Assembly: GCF_006345805.1 (NCBI RefSeq)
Contig: NC_043005.1
Coordinates: 9,672,001 to 9,736,000, forward strand
Direction: 5' to 3'
Length of the DNA: 64,000 nt
From: Octopus sinensis
Lineage: Eukaryota
A program made the position numbers and the translations under genes. The notes below the pieces were generated by a model. The model ran no database searches, was not told the DNA's origin, and worked only from the letters and a program-made list of their open reading frames with translations. Below are positions 12,688 to 24,800 of the stretch, in pieces. Each line of letters starts with the position of its first letter. The first letter of the stretch is position 1.

Positions 12688-12968
12688 ACAAAACGGTTGC
12701 TGCTTCTGCGTCTGTTTTTCTTTGGTCCTAGGACGGTTTTGATAGTCAGAAGATCTATGATCAAAGTTGTTTACATCGCGTCCCCCCCCCATCAGTATTT
12801 TCAGGCATAGACTATCTAAGACTACATTTATCATATGTGCTATTCATCTTCCTCTCTCTCCCCCATCACTCTCTTTAATTTGTTTTTTTTTTTGTTTTTT
12901 TTCATTTTTAAATTGGTAGTTTATGATCCGTGACACATATTCCAACGAAGGATACAGATCCCTCGTTT

Positions 12969-13001
<33 letters not shown>

Positions 13002-13249
13002 CGCTACCCCCAATCTCTCACATAACACCACGAGGCGAACTATAAGATTATTCTTACAGTTTCCTGGTAGAGTCCCCACAGTCACCTCTACCGCCACTAC
13101 CACCATCACCACAACGATAACTCTCTTAATGCCACCACCACTACCACTTCAACTATAACCTAGCTACAACCACTACTTCTACTTTGGCTCAATACTATTA
13201 TTAACACCTACTATTTTAACCACACCTTATTAATTCCAGTTATGTCACC

Positions 13250-13397
13250 ATTGATTTTTTCCCCTCCTCATCTATCTCTGTTTCCATCCTCTATTCCTTC
13301 TCATTCTCTCTCTCTCTCTCTCTCCCTGTGTCTCTTTGTCACCCTCTCTCTCACTCCCCTTTCCTGTCTCTCTTTCATTCCTCCCTCTCTCTCTCTT

Positions 13398-13437
<40 letters not shown>

Positions 13438-13506
13438 TAATTGATGCAGGATATTCTCATATCACATTCAATCACACACTTCCACTCTTTCTCTGTCTTC
13501 TATCAC

Positions 13507-13542
<36 letters not shown>

Positions 13543-14097
13543 GAAGCAGTTTCTCCCTGCCTTCTGCTCTGTATTCCTTTCCTCAATATTTATCCTCTAT
13601 CTGTATGTGTACATACATACATGTATACATACATACATGCATACATACATGCATGCATACATACATACATACATACATATATACATACAAACATACATAT
13701 AAACATGCATGCATACATACAGGCTTGCAGGCATACATGCATGGATACATACATATATATGCATGCATGCATACACACATACACACACATATATATATAC
13801 ATATATATATATTTCTCTGTGTGTGTGTGTGTGTGTGTGTATTTACGTATATGTATGCTCATACACCCAAACGCATAAATACATGCTTACATACACATAT
13901 ACACCTGCACACACACGCATACACAATCTCTCTCACTCAATATACACACATACCTAGATTACATACATACATACATATATACAAACATACATACATACAT
14001 ACGTACATATATATACATATACATATACATACATACATACATACATATACATATACATATATATATATACATATACATATACATGTATATATATATA

Positions 14098-14134
<37 letters not shown>

Positions 14135-14606
14135 ACCATATATATGTATATATACGTCGACTACAAAGGATTTTCTGCCACGATCAATAAATTGCAATAA
14201 ACATAAATCGATACATCAATACTAATGAGTTGTAACGTACCCTTTCTTTTTTCCTTTAAATATCACCCCCTCCTTCTCCACCTTACCTTCACCCACATCA
14301 CACCTTTGTTTTTTCTCTCTTTTTCGTCCTTATTACTTTCCTCTCTATCTTTCCATCTGTCTCTCTCTCTCTGAGTTTTTCTGTCTCCCTCTCTCTCTTT
14401 CTCCCCCCCCCTCTCTCTCTCTCTGTTTAAGCTCCCACGCTCCGTCTCCTCACTCCCACTTACTACTCCCCTCCTTATCAGTGACATTCAGAAATCTGTT
14501 AATGAACCATCCTTGTTATCAATGGGACTGATGCAAATAATTTGCTTACATTTTCAGACTATAAATGCTCTCTCTCTCTCTTTACCTCTCCTTCTCTACC
14601 TCTATC

Positions 14607-14665
<59 letters not shown>

Positions 14666-14968
14666 CATTGTGATTGAGCGTGTACGTGTGTATGTCTTTA
14701 TTATATATATATATATATATTATATATATATATATATTCATATGTGTGTGTACGTGTGTGCATATATATGTATATATATGTATGCTTGTATTTAGTGCAT
14801 ATATATATATATACATATATATACACACAACATACATATAGATATGTATATATATATATACATATATATATTTACACGCATACATATATATAATATATAT
14901 ATACGCACACATACATACATATATATATATGCACATATATATATACATATATATACATGTATATATAT

Positions 14969-15008
<40 letters not shown>

Positions 15009-15222
15009 GAATAAATATATAATATATCTGTGTGTGTGTGTGTGTGTGTGTATTTATGTATACGTGTGTGTAATTAATATATAAATATTTATATATATAT
15101 TTCTGTGTGTAAACAAATATATTTTTAAAAATTACTTATTTATATGCTTGCATGTATGTATATATTTTTGTATGTATGTATGCATGAAAGTAGATATGTA
15201 TGTAAGCATGTATATATCTATG

Positions 15223-15256
<34 letters not shown>

Positions 15257-15470
15257 TGTATGTATGTATGTATGTATGTATGTATGTATGCATGTATGTA
15301 TATATGTATGTATGTATCCATGTGTGTATGTATGTATATATGTATGTATGTATGTATTTATGTATGTATGTATGTATGTATGTATGTATGTATGTATGTA
15401 TGTATGTATGCATGTATGTATATATGTATGTATGTATCCATGTGTGTGTGTATGTAATAGGAATGTAAAA
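13250..15470. repeat. Simple-repeat block: (CT)n, (CATA)n, (TA)n, (TG)n, (TATG)n
   Basis: Read directly; source of many spurious ORFs. Confidence 0.95.
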
Positions 15471-15961
15471 CAAAACTGAAAGGTATAAAATTGCATAAAA
15501 TAAAAAACAAACTCCATTTTGAATTACATTGATATTTGCAATAAAAACTCTTCTCTGCCTATCAAAAATTTTATTTATTTATTTTTTCTTATAGGTGTTT
15601 GGTAGAATTTAGCAAAATATTTTTCTATTTTCTTGTTTGCTCTTATTCCTCTACATTTTATCCCAACCGCTTATTTTTTCCAGCGTATCAATTAGTCACT
15701 GCGTTCTTCATTAATTCCCCAGCGATTTCCTTGTATTTCTTTCTTGTATTACTTTCTCAGTTTTGTCGAATTAACAGTTTAACACTGAACTTACCGCCCA
15801 CAACTTATCATCACTTCTTTAATCCCATTTTAACTCTCTAACTTGCCATTTTCTCTCCCCATTTACATCCCAATTCTGTCTTTCCTCCTTTCACTGATTT
15901 GTTACACTCAACAAATTTCTGGCAATCGTAAACCCAAATTATCTTCCTTTCTTTTACTATA

Positions 15962-16510
15962 TATTTATTTCTTTATTCCCCACAGGGGGCTAAACATAGC
16001 GGGGACAAACAAGGACAGGCAAAGGGATTATGTCGATTACATCGACTCCAGTCTTTCACTGATACTTCATCATCATTGTCATCATTGTTCGACCGTGGTC
16101 GAGACAATGGAATTTACCATGCTACGCTAGACTTCACGGTCCATCATGGCATTACGGAGGTCCTGTTGCTGGATGCCTGTATCCCTGGAGATTACACGCA
16201 GGTACATACACTTCCACACACAGTGACACGCACATAGACACACATGCCACAGGCAAACACGTACACGCACATATATATACACAATCTGAGAGAGAGAGAG
16301 AGGGGGGAGAGAGAGAGAGGGAGAGAGAGAGAGAGAGACAGAGAGGGAGAGAGACAGAGAGAGACAGAGACAGATACTTAATTTATCTTCCCCGAAAGGA
16401 TGAAAGGGAAAGACGATCTCGGCGGAATTTGAACTTAGAACATAGCGACGGGTGAAATACTGCTAAGCATTTCGTCCAGCGTGCTAACGACTCTGCCAGA
16501 TTGCCACCCT
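15962..16510 (-). mobile_element. SINE family A split by a 305-bp insertion (16068-16372)
   Basis: 3' half 15962-16067, 5' half 16373-16510; GATACTT duplicated at 16061-16067 and 16373-16379. Confidence 0.8.
16068..16195 (-). mobile_element. RTE-clade LINE extreme 3' end with (GAT)n tail
   Basis: Minus translation VISRDTGIQQQDLRNAMMDREV*RSMVNSIVSTTVEQ then (TGA)n; shares ATCATCATTGTTCGACCGTGG and GGATGCCTGTATCCCTGGAGATTACAC with 28226-28272. Confidence 0.8.
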
Positions 16511-17659
16511 TATTGTCGGCTGTCCTTTTTTTATCAGTATCTTCTTTGTATTCCACCCCGCTTTTACTTCTTCAGTCATTTGATTGTAGCCATACTGGGA
16601 TGTCACCTTGAAGGATTTTATTCGAGCAAATCAACCCTAGGCCTTATTTATTGATGCCTAGTATTTATCGGTCTCTTTTGCCGAATTGCTACGCTACAGG
16701 GACTTAAACAGAGCAAAACCGGTGGTCATGTGGTGGGGAGAAACACGTAAATACACACACACGCACACGTATATACGTATACACACTCACACACACACAC
16801 ATATATATATATATACACACATATATACATATATATATATATGCACACACACACACATATATATATATACATAAAAACATATATGTATATATATATATAT
16901 ATATATCATGCACACACACACACCCACGCACATACACATGAACGCACATGTACATCTATGCACACAACCCTCCACACACACATACACACATATACACGCA
17001 GGTACATACAATACACTTCCACACACAGTGACACGCACATAGACACACATGCTACAGGTAAACACGTACACTCACATATATATATACACACAATCTGAGA
17101 GAGAGAGAGCGAGAGAGAGAGAGACAGACAGACAGACAGAGACAGAGACAGAGTGACACACAGATACACACACGTAGACTCATATACATGTACACACACA
17201 CGTACACGTACATATTCCCATTACGTCTACGCACACATGCCAATACATGTACACACACAAAACCACACCCACCAATTTACACAGCCACACCCACAAATTC
17301 ACGCACCCTTCAGACTGTCTCTCATCAACTGATGAACCTTCCATCCATGCGCACGTGCACTGCCGCACACACCCACTGGCGCACACACCTACTGACACAC
17401 CTGTCACTACAGCTGCTGACCTCTCAGAACACACGCACACAGTTTCCACTACACCCACACACGCACATACACCAGCTACTCGCACCAACACAGACACACT
17501 CAGTTAATACATAGTTCATACCACATACACACACATACGCTACCGCGCACACACACACACCAGACTCGTGCACACACGCTACCAAACACACACACCACGC
17601 ACACACACACACACAGCTTTCTTCTTCCTTCTTTCCGTTTGGACTTCTCTGTTTTTCCT

Positions 17660-17694
17660 GTTTCCAAAGAGGAGCTATGCTCGAAACGTAAAAC
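17660..17694 (+). ncRNA. Degenerate minimal type I hammerhead ribozyme motif
   Basis: GTTT-CCAAAGA-G-GAGC(TAT)GCTC-GAA-ACGT-A-AAAC: stems I, II and palindromic III intact, core CUGANGA mutated to CCAAAGA. Confidence 0.55.
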
Positions 17695-19013
17695 AACTAC
17701 TCTCTCTTTTCTCTGAGCGTTCTACTACATTGCAACTTCTACGTCCCCACGTTTATTGGCTTTTTCTTTTACTCTGATTTTTAATTGACTTTACACACAC
17801 ACAAACAAATACACACACATACACACACACATATATGTGTGTGTGTGTGTGTTTGCAACGGGTTTCTTTCAGTTTTCGTCTACCAAGTCCACTCCCGATA
17901 CTATAGTAGTATAGTGGGATGAAGCTGGAACAATGTGGTTAGCAATAAAGCTTCTATCCACAGGGCTACGCCTAAGCCTCTTTCGCTATTTTGTCTCTGT
18001 GACTCCTCCTCCTCCCTTATCCAGATTCACGGTTCTACCTCTAAGCTATTTACTCAATCTATCTCTTTCTCTTTTTGCTAACACTTTCCATTCCTTTTAA
18101 CTCATACTCTCTTCTTTCCTCAGATCCTCCTCCTCCCACTTCCTCCTCTCATTCTATGTATCTCTTAACCTATACATTGTAATACAGCAAAATACTATAA
18201 CAAAACAATGACTATAGGTAAACATTACCCATGACAGAAACTCATAATTATTCATTTGCTGATTTTGTGTTTTATTAATTATCAAAGTAAATATAAATGC
18301 TATGAATATATGTTTGTATTTCGAAACAGAGCGCAATGGGATGTTCCACCAAGTACTTACAAATATAAATGTCTACAGGGAATTGAACACGTCTCCTCAC
18401 TGATGCCTAAAATCTCTAGAGACTTCTTATACATTATTATGTATGAATACACTTCGCACTTGAAAGTTTGATGTGTTTGAAATAATGTAAATATATCCTT
18501 CTTGCACATAGAATGGCGTATAGGGTTCATCGGCACTTTTCATTGCAAGCAATGTATTTCTAGATCAAACATTAAATTATTCAATTTTAATAAGAATGTA
18601 TACAAGGCGGTGAGTTGGCAGGAACTTCGAACGCCAGGTAAAGAGCTCAGTGGCATTTCGTATTTCGTCCGTCTTTACTCGTATTTCGTCTGTCTTTACC
18701 TAGGTCCACTTTGACTTTAATCCTTTCGAGGTCAATAAAATAAGTACCATTTGAGGACTGGGGTCCATGTAATCACCTTATCTCCTCACAACAAATGCTA
18801 CCTTTTACCAAAATTTGAATTCAATATAAATATATTTGAGGCCGGCGAGCTTAGCAGAATCGTTAACATGCGGGGCAAAATGCTTAGGGGCATTTCGACC
18901 ATCTTTAAGTCGGTGGAATTTAAACTCAGAACGTGATGACGGACGAAATACAGCTAATAATAATAATGATAATAATAATTATAATCATGATAATAATAAT
19001 AAGAATATTAATA

Positions 19014-19123
<110 letters not shown>

Positions 19124-19126
19124 TAT

Positions 19127-19663
19127 ATGCTATCAAAGTGACACTGGGGTAAAATAAACGAAGCCCAGTATACCCATCGTGACTACCCGTCTGATAAAGG
19201 TACACTAGGCACATGCATCACAACCACATTTGCGCGACATGGTGATCTCATATCAAGATAAACAGCACAAGACATTGCAGGTGGGGCCCAGTTAGAATTT
19301 TTTTTCTGGTTGAGTAGCCCATCCCGCTCCAAAGGTCCCTGGATAAGGATTGTTTAAGGATGTTGAACGAAACACACATGTTCCCAAAGGTAAGTTATCC
19401 AAACCTCTAAGAATTCCTTTCAACAAACGGCTATGATGCCCCCCCTCTAATTCTGCTCGTGATCAGAGATGCACATATCGTCAGCCACTAAGGGACATGC
19501 TCAACTGGTTACGGTCAAACAACTGACAAGCAAATCTGTGGTATTGAGCAGAATATTTGCTGTAGCCCATCTTTCATACCAAGACAAAACAATGTACATG
19601 ATAACACTTCCAATCAGTTATGATCAGAAGCCATGAGAGCCACTGTCTAGTACTGCATTAGGG

Positions 19664-19666
<3 letters not shown>
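19127..19666 (+). repeat. Unclassified ~0.55-kb interspersed repeat embedded in (TTA)n, copy 1
   Basis: Near-identical to 21890-22446; lacks about 16 bp present at the left end of copy 2. Orientation inferred. Confidence 0.8.
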
Positions 19667-19716
<50 letters not shown>

Positions 19717-19756
19717 GCTTTTTTTTTTGTTTTTTTTTTGTTATTATTATTATTAT

Positions 19757-20343
19757 TCTATGTTTGACTTTTGCTTTATATTTGTACAAGTTGGCTCCAA
19801 GTCTCACCCAGAGACCTCAAGAGACAACAGGTTGGAAGTTCATGTTGTTATGCCTAGTGTGCCATATATTCGAGTTTTTTTTGTGTTGTACTAGTGCATG
19901 TCAAAAAAAAACGAAAATTATGTTTGTTTTAAACCCTGAGATTACATAGAAAGTATTTTGCGTAGGATATGAGCAGTTTCCATGAGCACTATCTTTTGAA
20001 TTTCTGCCACTTTGGGGTTTCCTGGTATCTGAGTTAGGTGGCAATCAGCCCCTTTCGCTATCATTCCCAGGGCACCTATGACAACAGGTATTGTTTTAGT
20101 CTTCAGGTTCCATATTTTGCTGATTTCTATTTCAAGATCTTTATATTTGCTCAGTATTTGGTAGGTCTTGACAGATATGTTTATATCGATTGGGACAGTC
20201 ATAGCAATGAGGAGGCATGTTCTTTGTCTGAAGTCTTTCAATATGATGTCTGGCCTATTTGCATCTATCTTTCTGTCAGTTTGAATGGTGAAGTTCCAGA
20301 GGAGTGAGATGTGGTCATTTTGAAGCACTGGAGGTGGTTTGTG
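19757..20343 (-). mobile_element. Dong/R4-type RLE non-LTR retrotransposon, 5'-truncated 3' end with (TAA)n tail
   Basis: ORF 19942-20328: WNFTIQTDRKIDANRPDIIL..TCLLIAMTVP....K..KYKDLEIEI...W..KT..IPVVIGALG..IQKIVL..TAHILRK, the PD-(D/E)xK RLE domain; ~180-bp 3' UTR then (TAA)n. Confidence 0.88.
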
Positions 20344-20527
20344 ATTATTACTATTATTATTATTATTATTATTATATTATTATTATTATATTATTTTATT
20401 ATCATTATTATTTTGTTATTATTATTATTATTTATTATTATTATTATTATTATTATAATTATTATTATTTATTATTATTATTATTTATTATTATTATTTT
20501 ATTATTATTATTATATTATTATTATTA

Positions 20528-20615
<88 letters not shown>

Positions 20616-20641
20616 TATTATTATTATCATTATCATTATTA

Positions 20642-20676
<35 letters not shown>

Positions 20677-20729
20677 CATTATTATATTATTATTAATATA
20701 TTATTATTATTATTATTAATATATTATTA

Positions 20730-20760
<31 letters not shown>

Positions 20761-20824
20761 TATTATTATTAATATTATTATTTATTATTATTTATTATTA
20801 TCATTATCATTATTATTATTATTA

Positions 20825-20873
<49 letters not shown>

Positions 20874-21039
20874 ATATTATTATTATTATTATTTATTATT
20901 ATATTATTATTATTATCATTATATTATTATTATTCTTATTATTATTTATTATTATATTATTATTATTATCATTAATCATTATTATTATTATATGATTATT
21001 ATTATTATTAATATATTATTATTATTATTATTATTATTA

Positions 21040-21088
<49 letters not shown>

Positions 21089-21102
21089 TATTATTATTAT
21101 TC

Positions 21103-21141
<39 letters not shown>

Positions 21142-21143
21142 TA

Positions 21144-21187
<44 letters not shown>

Positions 21188-21241
21188 TATTATTTATTAT
21201 TATATTATTATTATTATTATTTATTATTATTATTATTATTC

Positions 21242-21291
<50 letters not shown>

Positions 21292-21303
21292 TATTATTAT
21301 TTC

Positions 21304-21381
<78 letters not shown>
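20344..21381. repeat. ~1-kb imperfect (TTA)n array
   Basis: Read directly. Confidence 0.97.
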
Positions 21382-21667
21382 TTCTGATGCTAATTACATA
21401 ACACAATGTAGTTGATTGCACTGCAGGCTTTCACTATTTCGTAGTATTAGCAACTTTTGCTCGACTAATTTGGCATTTTACTCACTTAGTGCTTGCTGTT
21501 TTCTGTGTTAGTATTAATCACTATAACTTATTAAAACTGTTTGAAACAGATTTTGTAACCTGACATTCAAAACAAGATTTGATAATTATTCATAATTATT
21601 CATTCGTTTAAGAAATTTTAAGCTACATATATTCTAAAATAAGAGCCATAATAATACAGTTCTATAT

Positions 21668-21835
21668 TTTAGAGATGAGGAATTACGTACATTATTTACA
21701 TTATTTAAAACTGACGGACATTTGTCCTCTCATTTGTTGTTAACACAACGTTTCAGCTGATATACCCTCCAGCCTTCATCAGGTGTCTCGGAGAAATTTC
21801 TGACCTGGGTTCTCATTACTAAGGTATTTTTCGAT

Positions 21836-21838
<3 letters not shown>
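21668..21838 (-). mobile_element. Short Penelope-like (PLE) terminal element carrying a hammerhead ribozyme
   Basis: Abuts (TAA)n; related copy at 23410-23570 on plus; contains the hammerhead at 21742-21787. Confidence 0.7.
21742..21787 (-). ncRNA. Type I hammerhead ribozyme, core intact
   Basis: Minus: GACAC-CTGATGA-A-GGCTG(GAGGGTATAT)CAGCT-GAA-ACGT-T-GTGTT. Stem I GACAC/GTGTT, stem II GGCTG/CAGCT, palindromic ACGT stem III, GUU cleavage triplet. Confidence 0.8.
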
Positions 21839-21889
<51 letters not shown>

Positions 21890-22444
21890 GAGTGAGCGAG
21901 CAGAGCATGCCATCAAAGTGACACTGGGGTAAAATATGCGAAGCCCAGTATACCCATCATGACTACCCGTCTGATAAGGGTACACCAGGCACATGCATCA
22001 CAACCATATGTGCGCGACATGGTGATCTCATATCAAGATAAACAGCACATGACCTTGCAGGTGGAGCCCAGTTAGAATTTTTTTTCTGGTTGAGTAGCCC
22101 ATCCCGCTCCAAAGGTCCCTGGATAAGGATTGTTTAAGGATGTTGAACGAAACACACATGTTCCCAAAGGTAAGTTATCCAAACCTCTAAGAATTCCTTT
22201 CAACAAACGGCTATGATGCCCCCCCTCTAATTCTGCTCGTGATCAGAGATGCACATATCGTCAGACACTAAGGGACATGCTCAACTGGTTATGGTCAAAC
22301 AACTGACAAGCAAATCTGTGGTATTGAGCAGAATATTTGCTGTAGCCCATCTTTTATACCAAGACAAAACAATGTACATGATAACACTTCCAATCAGTTA
22401 AGATCAGAAGCCATGAGAGCCACTGCCTGGTACTGCATCAGGGC

Positions 22445-22446
<2 letters not shown>
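21890..22446 (+). repeat. Unclassified ~0.55-kb (TTA)n-embedded repeat, copy 2
   Basis: Near-identical to 19127-19666. Confidence 0.8.
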
Positions 22447-22498
<52 letters not shown>

Positions 22499-22515
22499 CA
22501 TTATTATTATTATTA

Positions 22516-22800
22516 TTCTATGTTTGACTTTTGCTTTATATTTGTACAAGTTGGCTCTAAGTCTCACCCAGAGACCTCAAGAGACCAACAGGTTGGAAGT
22601 TCATGTTGTTGTTATGCCTAGTGTACCATATATTTGCGGGGTTTTTTGGTGTTGTACTGATGAATGTCTAAAAAAAAAAAAAAAAAATTTTTTTTTTTAA
22701 ACCGAAAATTATGTTTGTTTTAAACCTTGAGATTACATAGAAAGTATTTTGCGTAGGATATGAGCAGTTCCCATGAGCACTCTCTTTTGAATTTCTGCCA

Positions 22801-22802
<2 letters not shown>
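22516..22802 (-). mobile_element. Dong/R4-type element, very short 3' fragment
   Basis: MAEIQKRVLMGTAHILRKILSM* plus the same 3' UTR as 19757-19941, between (TTA)n tracts. Confidence 0.85.
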
Positions 22803-22864
<62 letters not shown>

Positions 22865-22945
22865 ATTCTTATTATTATTATTATTATAATTATTATTATT
22901 ATTATTATTATTTATTATTATTATTATTATTATTATCATTATTAA

Positions 22946-22993
<48 letters not shown>

Positions 22994-23099
22994 CCAGGTT
23001 ACTGTCTGGAATCTGATTCGGAATCTTAGGGTTCGTAGCCCGTGCTCTTAACCACTACGCCATATGCCAACGGTCATAATAATAATGATAATAATAATA

Positions 23100-23128
<29 letters not shown>

Positions 23129-23130
<2 letters not shown>

Positions 23131-23396
23131 GAAGAAGAAGAAGAAGAGAAGAAGAAGAAGAGAGAAGAAGAAGAAGAAGAAGAGAAGAAGAAAAAGAAGA
23201 AGAAGAAGAGAAGAAGAAGAAGAAGAAGAAGAAGAAGAAGAAGAAGAAAGAAGAGAAGAGAAGAAGAAGAGAAGAAGAAGAGAGAAGAAGAAGAGAAGAA
23301 GAAGAAGAAGAAGAAGAAGAAAGAAGAGAAGAAGAAGAAGAAGAAGAAGAAGAAGAGAAGAGAAGAAGAAGAAGAAGAAGAAGAAGAAAAGAAGAA
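23129..23396. repeat. Pure-purine (GAA)n-type tract, ~270 bp
   Basis: Only G and A on the plus strand. Confidence 0.97.
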
Positions 23397-23409
23397 TGAT
23401 AACAACAAC

Positions 23410-23570
23410 ATCGAAAAATTCTTTAGGAATGAAATGAGAACCCGGGATCGAAATTTCCGCAAGATACCTAAAGAATGCTAGAGGGTATATTAGCCGAAAC
23501 ATTGTGTAAACAACAAACAAGATGAGGACAAATGTCCGTCAAATGTAAATAATGCAAATAATGTAAATTA
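23410..23570 (+). mobile_element. Degenerate copy of the hammerhead-bearing PLE-like element
   Basis: Aligns to the reverse complement of 21668-21838; core decayed to CTAAAGA (23468-23474), GAAACATTGTGT retained. Confidence 0.7.
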
Positions 23571-24116
23571 GTCATAATATTAGTAATCTGTAAAAGTTAG
23601 TCGAGTCCTTAGGGGAAACACTATTTCATTTCACCCTTTTCTTTCCGTCTATTTTCAAATGCCGATGTCTTCTGTACTGCTTTTATTTTTCAGGGTGCCT
23701 CTATATGAATAGAGGCAATAGAGGAAATTTTGAAATGTGAGTGAGTGGTGCTGTGCCTCTTTTAGAAATGCGCTTCAATGGAAATTCAGTGATGCACATG
23801 TGACAAAAAATCTCGTGAGTCACCCAGAAGATGCCTTGCAGTAAACATTTACACAGGTAGAGACAAAAGTACAAACAGTTTCTTAACTGTATGTTGTGGA
23901 GTAGCACAAAAATAAAGAGACAAGTGCAGGCATGGTTTTGCCTATAAAAGAGGGCATTGGGTTTTTTTCCTGAGTGTGTGGATACAAAGTGAGGCTGTGA
24001 TGGGGGAATGAAAATTACGGGTTTGTATGGAATTTTTCCATAAAGGCTGACCATATTACTTAATCAACAGAACCAGATATGGTTGGAGAGAGCAAAATTC
24101 AAAGAGTATATGGATG

Positions 24117-24300
24117 GAAGCACTCCGTCGGTTACGACGATGAGGGTTCCGGTTGATCCGACCAATAGAACAGCCTGCTCGTGAAATTAACCTGTAAGTG
24201 GCTGAGCACTCCACAGACACGTGTACCCTTAACGTAGTTCTCGAGGAGATTCAGCGTGACACAGAGAGTGACAAGGCCGGCCCTTTGAAATACAGGTACA
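24117..24300 (-). mobile_element. SINE family C 3' half
   Basis: GCACTCCGTCGGTTACGACGATGAGGG..GGCCCTTTGAAATACAGGTACA matches family C. Confidence 0.85.
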
Positions 24301-24334
24301 AGAGAAACAGGAAGAAAGAGTGAGAGATACTAGA

Positions 24335-24800
24335 CTACACAAAACCATACGATAATTAAGTGGATGGCAAATTAACTGAGAAAATTGAGAATTATCAAGA
24401 ACTAGTGAGGGAGATAAAAACATTTTAGAATAGAAAAGTAACTATTTTTCCTATGGTAATAGGGGCACTCAACCGAACACCTATATTGTTACCTAAATAC
24501 TTATTTCTTTATTACCCACAAGGGGCTAAACCCAGAGGGGACAAACAAGGACAGACATAGGTATTAAGTCGATTACATCGACCCCAGTGCGTAACTGCTA
24601 CTTAATTTATCGACCCCGAGAGGATGAAAGGCAAAGTCGACCTCGGCGGAATTTGAACTCAGAACGTAACGCAGACGAAATACCGCTAAGCATTTCGCCC
24701 GGCTTGCTAACGTTTCTGCCAGCTCGCCGCCTTGTTACCTAAATACTGATGGATATTGGAACTGAGACATGTATTGTTGACCTGCCATGTTGTAGTCTTC
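24335..24800 (+). mobile_element. Decayed Dong/R4-type RLE fragment interrupted by a SINE
   Basis: Translation EKIENYQELVREIKTF*NRKVTIFPMVIGAL..TPILLPKY/LMDIG parallels KYKDLEIEI..W..K...PVVIGALG of the element at 19942-20328. Confidence 0.55.
24502..24731 (-). mobile_element. SINE family A, full length, 16-bp target-site duplication
   Basis: TTGTTACCTAAATACT at 24486-24501 and 24732-24747. Confidence 0.93.

Noticed and set aside
21890-22030. Possible HDV-like ribozyme in the 0.55-kb repeat
   Set aside because: P2- and P4-like pairings can be drawn, but P3/L3 spacing and P1.1 do not fit the nested double pseudoknot.
23693-23745. Candidate exon with TTTTCAG acceptor and GTGAGT donor
   Set aside because: Short, no recognisable peptide and no partner exons.
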